Origin: Takakia lepidozioides
Taxonomy: Eukaryota; Plantae; Bryophyta
NCBI GenBank assembly: GCA_030704615.1
Contig: CM060734.1
Location: 26,226,001-26,290,000 of the forward strand
Reading direction: 5' to 3'
Length of the DNA stretch: 64,000 nucleotides
Part shown: one piece after another, positions 1 to 13,800 of the stretch
Layout of the letters: every line of letters begins with the position of its first letter
Position numbering within the stretch: position 1 is the first letter of the stretch
Notes under the pieces: model-generated
What the model was told of the DNA's origin: nothing
Seen by the model: only the letters and a program-made list of their open reading frames with translations
Database searches by the model: none
Position numbers and translations under genes: made by a program

Positions 1-540
1 AATTTCCATTCATCCGGGATTCGAATTACTTGCAGGATGGAAATTCGGCGCCGAATCTCCATCCATCCGGGATTCGAATTACCTTCAGGATGGAAATTCG
101 GCGCCGAATCTCCATCCATCCGGGATTCCACTTACCTGCTAGATGGAAATTCGGCGCCGAATTTCCATTCATCCGGTATTCGAATTACCTGCAGGATGGA
201 AATTCGGCGCCGAATCTCCATCCATCCGGGATTCCACTTACCTGCTGGATGGAAATTCGGCGCCGAATCTCCATCCATCCGGTTTCCACTTACCTGCTGG
301 ATGGAAATTCGGCGCCGAATTTCCATTCATCCGGGATTCGAATTACCTGCAGGATGGAAATTCGGCGCCGAATCTCCATCCATCCGGGATTCCACTTACC
401 TGCTGGATGGAAATTCGGCGCCGATTTCCATTCATCCGGTATTCGATTACCTGCAGGATGGAAATTCGGCGCCGAATCTCCATCCATCCGGGATTCCACT
501 TACCTGTTGGATGGAATTCGGCGCCGAATCTCCATCCGGG
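1..540. repeat. 53-bp tandem satellite (about 10 units) with a 30-bp near-perfect palindromic core GGATGGAAATTCGGCGCCGAATYTCCATCC
   Basis: GGCGCC cores at 47, 100, 153, 206, 259, 311, 364, 417, 468, 520. Linkers mostly alternate between ttcgaattacctgca and ttccacttacctgct (a roughly 106-bp dimer). Confidence 0.95.
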
Positions 541-1210
541 GGATGGTCTCTGTCGGAGCGGTGCCGCCTCTCGCCGGCTCTGTTGGATATTCGGTGCCGA
601 ATTCCGTCCGGGGGTTGAAATATGACGGCCAGGTGCCGACCTCTCCCTTCTCCCCGACTGCATTGGAACGGCCCCGAATTGAAATTCGGCGCCGTTTTTC
701 CCATCGGTGGAGGTTTTTTATGTCGGCCAGTTTTCGGTCTGACCCCCCGACAAGACTTCCTTTGGGGGGCCCGGATGGAAATTCGGCGCCGAATCTCCGT
801 CCAGGGGATTTTCTCTGTCGCACACTCGCGGCCTCTGCGCCGAGGCGACTTCATCCGGAAGTCCCCTGTTCGATATTCGGTGTCGAATTTCCGTCCGGGG
901 GTTGAAATGTGACGGCCAAGTGCAGGCCACTCCCCCTCCCCGACTGCATCCGAACCGCCCCGGATGGAAATTCGGCGCCGTTTTTCCATCTGGGGATGTT
1001 TTTATGCCGTCCTGTTTTCGGCCTGACCCCCCGACACGACTCCCTTGGGGGGCCCGGATGGAAATTCGGCGCCGAATCTCCATCCAGGGGATGTTCTCTG
1101 TCGCACACACTCCGGCCTCTGCGCCCGAGGCGACTTCATTCGGGCTTCCTCTGTTGGATATTGGGTGCCGAATTTCCATTCGGGGTAGTAATGTGACGGC
1201 ACGGTGCCGG
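541..1210. repeat. Degenerate ~285-bp higher-order repeat (3 x ~95 bp) with the same palindromic core
   Basis: Core at 593, 688, 785, 879, 974, 1068, 1164. The ggggttgaaat-tgacggc block recurs at about 611, 898 and 1182. Confidence 0.85.
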
Positions 1211-2031
1211 CTTCTCCCCTTCAGCCGTCATCATCCGGACGGCCCCCCACTTTCTGACTGCATACCGTTGGCAGTTATTGCGCAAAGACGAGGGGCCGCA
1301 TTCCGGAGACAAGGTTCATTAACACTCTGACTGTGGATTTTTGAGATAGTTGGCTCCCTGGATTTGGATCAGGCTTCGTCGCTCGGACAAATCGGCATCG
1401 CATTCGTTCCCATCGCTGCACCCCCTTCTACAGGGAGCTTCTCCGCACGCCATCCTGGCAGTCTTGTGTGCACATCTCCCATGGCGGAAAACCCGAGCGC
1501 TACAGGTACTGCCCTCCTCACGAGCATAGAGCTTCATTTTCGTGCAGAGGGGACACCTGCCGGGTGATGGAGAAATATCTGTGCGTTCGATACCACCTGA
1601 AAACGGGGTCGGTTTTTTTGGAGGAGGAAAGGAAGGACTCAAACGGCCTTGTTGTCGAGAGTATTGTTGTGCTCCACGATGATTTCGGCGATGGCAGGGA
1701 ATGGCGAGTTCCACCATCGGACAGCGTCATATACAGGGCTGTTGGGGACTTCATTTGCCGCCCAAATGCACCGTCTATCCTGGCGCCTTCCACGAAACAA
1801 TCCGCGAATCAGAGAGTGGTACCTCAAAGAGAGAAGTCCGCAACGAAGTAAATCCAGAGCCGAACCCATCCATGAAGACGACCGAGAACCGGGTTGTCAC
1901 AACCTGTCCGACTCAGACGAGGTCATGGACGTTCCGAGGTCGTCCTGGAGATCAGGCAAGTCTCAAGGACGTCAGTGGAGGGGGAGTCATATTCAGCACG
2001 AGAACCGCAGTTCGATCTATTCTAGAATTGC

Positions 2032-2531
2032 NNNNNNNNNNNNNNNNNNNNNNNNNNNNNNNNNNNNNNNNNNNNNNNNNNNNNNNNNNNNNNNNNNNNN
2101 NNNNNNNNNNNNNNNNNNNNNNNNNNNNNNNNNNNNNNNNNNNNNNNNNNNNNNNNNNNNNNNNNNNNNNNNNNNNNNNNNNNNNNNNNNNNNNNNNNNN
2201 NNNNNNNNNNNNNNNNNNNNNNNNNNNNNNNNNNNNNNNNNNNNNNNNNNNNNNNNNNNNNNNNNNNNNNNNNNNNNNNNNNNNNNNNNNNNNNNNNNNN
2301 NNNNNNNNNNNNNNNNNNNNNNNNNNNNNNNNNNNNNNNNNNNNNNNNNNNNNNNNNNNNNNNNNNNNNNNNNNNNNNNNNNNNNNNNNNNNNNNNNNNN
2401 NNNNNNNNNNNNNNNNNNNNNNNNNNNNNNNNNNNNNNNNNNNNNNNNNNNNNNNNNNNNNNNNNNNNNNNNNNNNNNNNNNNNNNNNNNNNNNNNNNNN
2501 NNNNNNNNNNNNNNNNNNNNNNNNNNNNNNN
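2032..2531. other. Assembly gap (500 N)
   Basis: Run of N. Confidence 1.
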
Positions 2532-3050
2532 GCCTGTCACAGCACCGGCACAGCCCATCACGCCCAAAGGCCAGGAACAGCCCGTCCAGGCCCGTCACAG
2601 CCCCAAAGGCCTCAGGGGCACAGCCTTTGTCACAGCCCCGCACAGGCCCCACAGGGCACATGGCAGAAAGCCTTGTCACAGCCCATCACAGCCTCAAAGG
2701 CCTCAGGCACGGCTGTCACAAGGGCCCCTCACAGCCCATCACAGCCCCAAAGGCCATGGGCACAGCCCGTCACAGCCCCACAGGGCCTCAGGGCGGGGCA
2801 CAGTCTGTCACAGACCCGCCGACCACAGCCCGTCACAGCCCCAAAAAGGCCACTGGGCACAAGCCTGTCACAGCCTGACACAGCCCGTCACAGCCCCACA
2901 GGGCACAGGGCACAGCCTGTACAGGCCCATCACAGCCTTTATCACAGCTTGCCACAGCCCGCACAGCCCGTCACAGCTCGCCACAGCCTGACACAGCCCG
3001 TCACAGCTGCCACAGCCTGTCACAGCCCACACATGGCCGCTCTGGCAGTT
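2532..3050. repeat. Short-period degenerate tandem repeat (tcacagccc / cacagcccgt)
   Basis: Dozens of cacagcc(c/t) motifs at about 10-30 bp spacing. Confidence 0.85.
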
Positions 3051-5813
3051 TAGCCATTTCTCAAAGGGGTTTAGCCACGCCAAGCTAGGGTTTGTGTCTC
3101 TTGGACTCTAGGCTTCTTTCCACCGAGCTATGGTGGCTGTGAGGAAATCAGCAGGTATCCTTGCTCTTTCGGCTCCCACACACCACCATAGTAGCCCTAA
3201 GCCATGAGGTGGTGCCACAAACCAAGCCTTCTTTCTCACTTAGCCTACCCAAACACGCCACTAAAACAATGGCAAACAACCAAGCCCTGCTGGTTCCCAG
3301 CCCTTGTGAGCACTCATTCAGCACTCTCCTTGGCCATAGCATCTGTCTTAGAACCTCTTCCAGCCCCCTAACCTGCTGCTTCAAGAGTTGCGCTCCCTTC
3401 AAGCTTGAACTTGAAACCCCAACTCACATAGGCCCTACAAGTGCTTTTCTTTCACTCCAAGTGGAAACCAGCCCTAGACCTTCCGTTCTAGCTCTCTAAA
3501 GCTTGAAAACAAGAGCCTCAATGGGCTGAGGCATGCTCCACACATGCCCCACTCTCACCATAAAAGAATCAAGCTCCTTTGCTTCATTTCTTGCACCCAC
3601 AAAACCGAAAATACAACTTCAGCATGCTGAAAGCATGCTCCACATGCCCTACAGGGAAACCAGCCCCTTCCTTCCTTTCTTGCACTCCCATACCTGAAGT
3701 GCAAGCCTTCACCAGGCTGATAGCATGCTCCACACATGCATTGCCCTCACATAAGGGAAGTCAGCCCTTCCCTCTTCCTTGCTTGCCCTCCAAGCTTGAA
3801 GATGGAAGCTTCAATGAGCTGAATACATGCTCCACACATGCAACCTCTTCACACAAGAGATATCAGCCCCCTATCTTGGCTCCTTGGCTCCTTGATGCTC
3901 TCTAAGACAAGACTAAGCACTCCATAGCCTTTGCCAAGCTCCTGAAACCCTAAGGCTTACTACTTTTCCACAAGCACACTTTCTGTGTGTGGCAAGAGCT
4001 CTTCTTCCAGCCACAAGAACACTTCTCTTGTGGTGCAAGAGCTTTCTGCAAGCTCTGTAACCCTAGGTGCCAATTCCATGGCCTTTGCAGCACCTTAGCT
4101 CCTGTTCCAGCCCTGCTCTCGCCATGACAAGAGCCCCTCTCAATGCTGAAGCTCGAATGAAACCCAATCTCACCATCTCCACAAAGTGCACTGATGCCCC
4201 AAGCCAAATCAGCCCTTTCGCTTGGTCTTGCAATCCTTCACACAATGACAGCTCGCATTCCCAAGTCCAGTTCTCAGCTTTGCCACCAAAGCCACTATAA
4301 CCTGCTCTTGACTGGTCCTCTTCCAATCGTGCTTGCTCATGCATGTACACAATCTGACATCAAGGTGCTCTGGAATTACCTACAGTATGGTGCTTTCATC
4401 TCTGAAGCTGAAGATCGAATGCCAAGGTTTACCACCTCGTAACCCACATCGCCTTCGCTTCTAACAACCAAGAGCTCCACGGTGCTCCTTGCATAACAAC
4501 TTGGTTTCTCTCATTCTCAAGCAAAACCACAAGTGCTACAACTAACTCGATACTAGCACTCATAGATACAGCTCATCTTTCTCGAGTGATAAAGAGGAAG
4601 AATACAAGCACAAGCTCATGCGAGCTCACAAAGCTGAAGCATAAACTCATGCATATATAACCTCATCACTCAAATACAAGTCAAACCAAGTGCACCCCAC
4701 GCCATGGGGAATCCACACTACGGCGCCATAGCTAGGCGCGGTGAGGCTCAACTCGAGAAAGATGAGCCTCCCGCGCTTGCCGTGAAGATAACCACTCCAG
4801 GGCCTAAATCTGCCTTGACCCCTGGATTGACACTTGGGCCAATCCCAAATGTCAATATGTAAAAGCTAGCTATTTCCTAGCTAGTTTCACACTAGTGGTA
4901 AAATAACTTGACAAACCCTTTAACATATTGATATATGTGGATATGATATTAAGGGTGACTGAGGCTTGCACACTAGAGAACAAATTGATATATGTGTATA
5001 TGATATTACGGGTGACTGCTTGCACACTAGAGAAGCAGCGGATCAGCCTATATAAAGGGAAAGCAGTTAAGATTCTAGAGAACTGGTAAAGTGAAAAGCC
5101 TTGAGTTCAAGATGAGGATAGATCAATACGATTGATATGATGATGTGATGGATTTCATGATTGATTGATGATAGATACAAGCAATAGAACCTCCCGGGTA
5201 GTTCGAGAAACCACTTCTTGAAGCGAGCTTTCAGTTTCTAGTTAGACTAGACTAGTTTTACCTAGAGAGGATTGTTATACTTTTTAAACAATCATTCATG
5301 GTTACGGTGCCCCATGACGTAACGAATCGATCATTTGGTTCCACATCTTTCTGTACGATGCCCCAGATGGTAACCTTTGTCACACTTCATCTGGGATTTT
5401 GGCGTAGGACAGAATGCAGCCACATGACCTTACCACTGGTATGGGTTACACATCTGTGTCACACTAGCTGTGGGCCTACTCCTAGAACTTTGCTGCCCTC
5501 TTATCAAAGTACTTGTGTAGTGTTAGATAGAGTGCATCTATGTGTCACCTGGAATTACCATCGATACCTCTTCAACATCTTCTCCATCCAACGGTTTTAA
5601 AGTCGTCTCGCCAATTTTCCACAATCCTCTCTCGATTTGGATGGCAGTTCCTACTGCTTCAGCCACAGTCTGAAATCTAGTTCCTAGCATAAGATTCATT
5701 ATCTCATGACTAAGACCTCCAATGAGCCTATGGCATTGTTCAATGTCAAGGACTTAACCTTTGGTAAACAGTCAATTAAAGCTATCGAAGTACACTTGAA
5801 CCCACTACTGTAG

Positions 5814-6065
5814 TTATTGTTTCACTTCATCCATCTTCATCTTTAATTTGGCTATATCCACATGCCGAAATTTTGCTATCATTGCATCCTGTAGAGCCCG
5901 CCAATCCAGTGGTTTTGCATTCTGGGTACGTTGCCAGTCATCTGCTTTACCCTTTAGATTCAACCTTGCCACCTTTGCCAAAACTCTAACATCTCCTGCC
6001 ATTTGTAGTTTTTCTATCCAATCAGTAACATCTTCAGACTCCCTTCCAAAGAATGGAGCTTCCAC
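5814..6065 (-). mobile_element. Degenerate retrotransposon gag (capsid) fragment
   Basis: FFGRESEDVTDWIEKL...LNLKGKADDW...W..LQDAMIAKF resembles the Retrotrans_gag pattern. Confidence 0.6.
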
Positions 6066-6347
6066 ACCTGATGGACTAGCCAGTTCAACTTCAGCGTTTA
6101 TATTTCAAGAAATATAGTATTTAAAGATACACATTCTCATTGCTAGTATCCGATATCCAAGAACCACCTTGCAAAGCCTCTTCCCTCGCATTCACTGTTA
6201 TCCTTCTTGATATAGAAGTCACCATGACCCACGAATGGGACACTCTGACCCACAATACTATCAATAATCTGTTCCCAGCATAGATCACCCGTGTACACAC
6301 ATCACCATTGTGAACCTGTCCCCTTGGTAAGAAAAATGCTGGCCTAG

Positions 6348-6435
6348 GAAAAATACGGAGGGCTTATCGAAAGGACGAGTTGACGAAGTCCGTGATGCAG
6401 GACTTCAGGGAAGGGGCTACGCCGTTACATTCCGA
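6348..6435 (+). mobile_element. Short Gypsy pol fragment related to element C
   Basis: KIRRAYRKDELTKSVMQDFREG aligns with KIRKACRKDELAKSVMQDLRMG at about 33476-33541. Confidence 0.7.
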
Positions 6436-6604
6436 CTCTATGTTAACTTGCAGATCTCTCAAGCTCTATGGATTCATCAGCCACTCAAAGCATGTCCAGT
6501 TGCCCATCAGTACATACTCGAACCAAGGCCAAGACGACACTCACACAAAGCTTACATATCATGAAATATACAGATTTCCACTTCTCCCTCTTTCAGTTGA
6601 CATG

Positions 6605-6798
6605 TCTACTGTCATACTGCCCGCAGGCTTTTCGACTTCACTCACACTTAATACATACTCACGATTCCTACTTACAGGTTTACACACACATTTCTGTGAA
6701 TCTACTGTCATACTGCCCGCAGGCTTTTCGACTTCACTCACACTTAATACATACTCACGATTCCTACTTACAGGTTTACACACACATTTCTGTGAATC
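6605..6798. repeat. Perfect 96-bp tandem duplication
   Basis: 6605-6700 is identical to 6701-6796. Confidence 0.95.
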
Positions 6799-7893
6799 AA
6801 TACTACTGCGGTCTCCCCGCCACACTCAACCATGCTAGTTCATGGTTTCAAGCATCTCCAGAGCTACAGCTCCTGCTCGCTTCTCACTGCCTAGAAACTG
6901 CCTTGCACCCAATGCTCTCTTCCAAGGTGCCTTTCCCAACTAAAATTTTTGGCCAGATTGGGGAGATGGTCACATAACCACGGATTTCCTACTTGCGTTA
7001 GATGAAAGGCCTATTACTGTTGGCTTGTCTAACAACCGGGGACTGGACCTTTCCTTGACAATAAACAGCGATCGCTTACTAAGGGAATATCCAACCTCCT
7101 GCCCTAATAGTGGTCAACTCCACTGGTTTCTTCACCTACAGCTGACTTTCACCCATGATCAAGACTACAATACCCCAATTGTTGAGATTCCAAGCTAAAA
7201 TACATCCAACACAAAAAGGTAGGGAGGCCTTTATTAGAAAGTTGCAAGTCATTGATCTCAAGGGGGGATTCTTGCGGAGGCCAACTCCTGTCACATCCCT
7301 TTACTGGCCCGGACACCCCTGCCAAAGGGGATCACATGGGAGGCCAGTATCCTGTCCATACCATCACCTTGGTGGGCCTGGACAGCCTGCCAGGGGCACG
7401 GATGGCGGGCTTGCTGCTGCCGTGTTCACACACCACCCCACATCAACATCCGTAGCAAAGGCTTAGCCATATGAAGGATGCTGAGGAAGCGACGGTACAG
7501 GGAGGGTGGGACACAGCTAGGGCATCCATTGCAACCCACCCCACACGGGGGAGGAGGGACATGGCACCGGCCAAACCTGACTACCGACAAGCTAGTGACA
7601 TGGACACAGACCCTAAACAGGACCTGAGGAAGATGTGATAGGAAGGTATGCTTGTAGAGAAACCTGGTGTCTTTTGTTTGCCATCATTCCTTTGCTCGAT
7701 ATGGCCTCAGTCTCTCCCTTCAGGTTCTATTCCAGCCAGCATAACTAGCCTCATGATTCTGCACCTTACCTTAAGATCTGCGCTAGTAGGTGCAGCACAA
7801 TAGATTGACAAATATACTTTACAAACTTATAAAACCACATGCTGACAGCACACAACCGAACGAAGCCCAAGTACTATGCAATAACGCTACTTG

Positions 7894-10800
7894 TCAAATC
7901 CACGCCAAGGAACCACGATCATTTGCTGGTTGTGGTCGCCCTCGTGTTGGTGTCGGAGGCCTTTGCACGTTCAGTTCCTGCATTATTGACACACTTGTAA
8001 ACAACCACAAACCGGCAGTAGTAAACAAGCAAGTAAGCAAGCTAAGAAGAAACAAAGTACCTGCATCCACGTGTCCTCAAGATGGCGTTCTGGTGATGAC
8101 TCAGGAGAGGTGATGGCAGGTGGGATCGGATGGATCAGTTTGGGCACCACCACCAGGTCCCTTCCTAGAACCAGAATTGCTCCTGCATTATTAGCAGTAC
8201 CTACACCCAGCCCAGTCCTCGATCTCTATAACTCTCCGATAATCATGTCAACCTGTCATTGCAATTTTTTTAAACACATACCACCTCTACTTTCGCTATT
8301 ACCCAGACCACAAAGGACACAGTAAAGAGGCAAGCGTTCCATATAGCTCTCCTATGATGTGAACCCGTCATCTGAACTCTTTCAAACACATACCACCTAC
8401 ATTGGCCATTACCCAGATCACAAGGGACACAGTAAAGAGGCAATAGACTGGTACTTACCACAATAATTTGTGGCAGAAAACAAGGTGATCAGGTGACCTT
8501 GAGCAAAGCGTTCAAATCCATCCATCACGCATTCATGCGCCCTGACAATAAGCTGGAGATCATTGTTCTTACAGAACTCCATTACCCGGTCCGGCTGAAA
8601 GTCACAGAACAAGTGAATGAACACAGTCCCTTCCACCAAGTAGAGTCTTTGTGTATTTCAAAAGCAACACCAGAGAGCAAGGGCCAAAAAGAAAACGAAA
8701 ACCCTGCCCAGGGGTTGGCGTAAGGAGTTGTTCTTCATAGAGAAGCCTAGTAAAGAGTTACCCCAAAAGTGACCAATCCTGGGCCTCGTGCATTTGGACG
8801 CAAGCCCTCGACACTGTCATTTTCTGTTGGATCTGACCTGCAAACAGCCCCAACATGTTCGGTGACAAATGAATCTCCCCTCCCACTCTAAAATGGGCGT
8901 CTCAGCATTTCATCCTCATATAACCTTAAATAGAAATTTAACAACAAATTACATTTCTCGAGTCCTAACACTTGCGCTAGCATGACCAGGACAAGAAGAT
9001 CATACCAGAGAAGGTCCATTAGTACAACAGAACCCGCCTCCATGGTGATGGGACGTTGCAGTGCTTCAATCTGCTGTACATGATTGATTGACCTTCCGAT
9101 TCCACCATGCATGCAGATAATTTTCCTCTCTATCAGGGCAGCAAGTGGCAACCAGTTAAACAACTGATTGATACGGTGCCATGCCCATATGCCATCCCGC
9201 TCCCCCTACATCCCACCCACCAAACCTCATGAGCACCCTATTGTGCTGTTTTGCTCTAGCACAGGACCTGGCAACCTTTGTTTACCAAACACCATAACCA
9301 ATTTTACTTGACGGGCAAAACTATCATTCCAATTGTGGGACTTGCAAATAAAGACCTACTAAGAAAGCTGGTATGCTTGTATGTACGGTGAAGGAATTTT
9401 GAATATCTTAAAACTTCAAATGTGAAAAGGCTGTATGATATATAAAAGGATCACCACAAGCTGGACAACAGCTTAACAAAACATACACAAGCTCGCACTG
9501 CAATGAATGATATGCAGACCATGTGGTCCCCACACTTCCGGTTTTCACATCTGCACTTCCACAACAGAAGACGATGCGATACAGCAGGTAGCAGGTGCAA
9601 TGCAGGAGATGCAAGAAGAGCACACGGGAGACACATACCCAATGCTGTCCAGCATGTTTCAGCGACAGCATATAGAATATTCCAACATGGATACGCTACA
9701 ACAAGGTGGGCCCAGCCTTGTGCTTAATTATGCTTCAGCCTGACAAGCCCCACTCTACTGGGACAACAGGGGCCCCATTTTTCCATCCCCCAACCCTAAA
9801 GAACAATAACCCTCCATATCCACATGACATCTAGACAAGACACAATCGTGAAAACCCATACTACCTACATTGTCCACACAATGTGACACACACAAGTACA
9901 CACCATGCGTTCAATGCACTCAATGCGAAACCCAAATAGGGCATTGATGTCTGCTGCTTCATGATTGCCACGTATCAGATGTACGTTTGTGGGGTATTCA
10001 ATCTGCCAATGCAACAGACAAGTCTCAGCACATGTCTTGTGCATGCAAGGAAACATACCTCCAGAATTCATGCATAGGCATGTGTCCACATCCCTCCACT
10101 AGAATTCCCAGCACTAAATCCATTTCAGAAAAGGTACTATATTAGGAAGGTTCATACATAAACAACCATCCAACTTCAACTACAAACATTTGTACAGACA
10201 TCCAAACTTCATACACATATCATCCATTTTATGTCAAAATTCCATTTAATTGTCAGGGGGGAGCGTTCTGAAATGTGATAGTAGACAACCTATGTAGGTG
10301 TGTCGAAGAAACTACCCAATAATCATCGATAAATTGGAAGGGAAACAAAGCACCTTGAAGGCGCTACAAAATGGTGCATGCTCACCTTGAGAGCAAGTAG
10401 TAGGGTTATCGTTTCTAAACTGTGTTGCCCTCGGTCAACATAGTCCCCAAGGAAAAGATAGTCGATATACCTGTAAACAGCAACCAATGTTAGGACCTGA
10501 AGCTTTTCAAACTAGTATCTCTGGTCAACTCCAACCAAGTGGTAAGACCACTAATAAAAGACAGCTTAACAAGAAATGACCTGAGTTATAAGTGAACCCC
10601 AATTCAATAGAAATTTTCCAATTACCAAAAAATATATATAGTCAGACATGCCAGCAAGCAGACCCGTGTAACATGATAATCATGTGATATGAATGCCATT
10701 ACCCTGCCATGCCATTAATTCTTATGTGCAAGGAAGAACCCCTGTGACTACTAGTAGAAGCTTACGTGATGTCTCCTGCTGTTGAAGGCGAGCCATACTC

Positions 10801-13800
10801 ATCAAATAAGCGCATGAGATCACCAAACTGTCCATGAAGGTCGCCAAAGATCTTGACAGGGGCTCTGATTTGTAAGACACTCGATTCTCGAGCAAACATG
10901 CGTTCAGCTGTGTCACAGAGTTCGGCAATTTCATTGCAATCCATGAAAAATTGCCGTTTCACTGGTGGTTTCCAGCCTCGCGGTTTCAGTAAGTGTGACA
11001 ACACCTGCACACACCAAGGCCAGTAAATTCATAAGCCACTGCACCGTCCTAGCTTAACTTTTCCTGACTTTCCTGGTGTGAAAGAACAGCCAACACACCT
11101 TCTTCTGCACTCCGCTTATGGACATTTGACGGTCCAAAAGCCTTCTGGCTTGATTGGCACTATCTGGAGTTCCATAACTAACACGTCGTCCCTCATTCTC
11201 AAATTGGTCAATGGAAAGCTGCCTCACCAACCCTCCCAGGGCACCTCCAGACTCTGCAGCCACAACAACCTGCACTCATTCATAGCAAAGGAACAGCTTT
11301 AGGTTAGGAACAGCTTTAGGTTAGTAAAATTGGTATATCTCCAGTCAGAGAAGTTGATATGTCACTTCAAGAAGAGCGAACAGAATGGAACCATTTGCCA
11401 CTGATGCTTACAGCTCTATGATGAAGCCTGACACCTGTTGGGGCAGCGTGATTCAACATGGCAGCACTAGATGCTCTGTTCAGAGCTGTCAGATTTCCAC
11501 TAGGAGTAGCTTCAGCCCCACGATCTCTGTCAGGACTCTGCTTATCTACCTCCCCATTGGTCTCACGTTCAGCAGCTGCTTTAGCAGCAGCTACTGCCAA
11601 GGCTGCACTTATTGCTTCTGCCTCAGCTGCTGATGCCTCCACAAGTGACTCCACCCCTTTTCTTTCCGTCCTGCCACCAGGAACCCACAACAGCATGGCT
11701 TATTGCTACCCAGGCATAAGCAACTGCTCACACTTCTGTAAGATTGGTGGAGATGCAGCTGAACCATAATAAGGATCCACATTTCCACATACCGATGTCC
11801 ATGAGAAACAGCATGTTCAGTGCTGATATCCATGGTTGTGTCACCATTGATCGGAGCAGCCACTGGCATGCCCATAACCACAGCTCCGTCCAATGGTGAA
11901 AGCTCTGCCAGAGCAGTCTTGAGGCGCCCATCCAAGACACCTGCCTTGCTCACCAGACTGTTGCTGCCTGCCGCTGAAGCTGGTGATGATGCAGCTGCAG
12001 CTGCAGCCTGCAATGCAGCCGTAGTAGTCTCTGCAGCTGCCAGGTCTTCGGCCACTAACAAGTCATCCAGCAACACTCCTGTCCCCCATTCATTCGACAT
12101 ATCAGTGTGCTGCCGCCACTTCACACGCAGCCCAACCACTTAAGTTAAGTATCGAATAAGTTGTCCGATGTGCTTTTAAAAACATGAAGAATCCAAAACT
12201 GTCCTGCGAAACGATTCTAGAAGTGAAAGGAACCAAAGATTGTATGGACATGGGGGAAAAAGACATCACAACATGACAAGTGAACAAAGGGACTCACCTC
12301 CTCTAAGCCCCCCATACATGAAGATGAGGTCACCTACAGCTGCTGCTGCATGGCGACACCGTCTGGTGAGCTCATTAGAAGCCTCTCCACCTGCTGCATC
12401 TGCACTGTACTTTCCAATGCGAGGGCTTGTCACCACAGCCTTTCTGTCGCACCACACCCCAGCAGCTGTATCCAGGACTGCATCAAAATAAAACCAGCCC
12501 TGACCGAGCATGTTTGAGGTAGATCATTGAGACAGTGATTATAGGCATACAGAATCATCATACCTCATGACAGTCACATACAGTTACCCCAAACTGATAG
12601 CAAAATGCCCCCAGTCTGCCACTGTTCATGTAAGATACAACCGGCACGCAAATCAAAGCATGTCTTTCATGGAAGAGCTGTATAGACAGACCAGAGCAGC
12701 GAGACCCAATCAACAGCAAAATGTACCTGCAACACTAGAGGCATCTTCAACCATCCGGCCGCCTCCAAGAGCTCCCCCTGAAACATGTAGCCGTGCATTC
12801 ACAAACACCTGCAATTCAAAGAACACAAACAACAGATGCCCACTTAGGTAAAAAGAGTGTCACACCAAAAAGAATAGAACATCTTGTAGAACATTTTCAG
12901 GACAAGAACAACATACAGAAGTCACTAAGAAAGGTGCTCACCGCTGCGTGCTGATATCGTGGAGAAGGCGAGATGCCTGGAGCGATTGCCCACTCCCACC
13001 TTCCATCTCGATGCTTTGCAAGCCCGTATGCACTATCAAGCGGCTACCACCAGACAACCCAACATAAGTTTGCTGCAGTCCCCTCTACGCATGTTTTTCT
13101 ATATATTAACTGCATGCAAAGTTTTCAAGAGATTCATGCAGCATCAGGAGGATGCCCTGTGTGGATGTAGCGCAGCTGACACTTGTGGAGTAGGCCAAAG
13201 TCTATGACCACACATTAGCACTTTACCACACCAAATTTGGGTTTTAAGACCCTGATGTCTACACAGCTGCAAGCATAACAAACCGAAATAACCAGGGAAA
13301 ACTCGACAAGGTTTGTATACAGTGCACCAATCAAAACCTGCCTACAACTTCAGTCACAGCTACAGATAGGATACATCGCAGCGGGAAATAAGAATGATAA
13401 TAGGCCACCCATCCCTAACAAATGGTTGCTTGGAGTGAATACCATAATGGCCATTCTGCTGTTGAATTCATCATTCTAAGATGCTCCAGCATAGTCAAAA
13501 GAACTAAAAGAAGGGTTCAACAAGGGACACAACATTCTGTCCAAACCAGCTTGTGATGCTCAGAGAGTAAAAGAGAGAGATAATATTACACATGGACCAG
13601 TTCCTCTGGCCAACAGTTGTCATGTGCCAGGAGACATCATTCCACAATTAATCTCCAGGGTTTTCACCCACCATGGTAGGAATGTCAAGCCCTGGGTCGC
13701 AGCCAACAATGACTTAGGCGCAGGATTGGTTGAAGGGAGCCAATCAATGGAGGGGCAGAAAGGGGTGGGTAGGCAATTATTCACTGGTACCATGAATAAT

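Noticed and set aside
1-1210. CRISPR-like array (palindromic repeat with regular spacing)
   Set aside because: Spacers are themselves repeated (dimer and trimer higher-order units), no cas genes are present and the context is eukaryotic.
30-1330. Many overlapping ORFs (MEIRRRISIH...)
   Set aside because: They are translations of the tandem repeat in several frames and strands.
1649-3053. Long ORFs of 409 and 450 aa
   Set aside because: Artefacts of reading through the N gap and a simple repeat.
7000-7620. LINE ORF1-like remnant downstream of BSL
   Set aside because: No convincing conserved motif.
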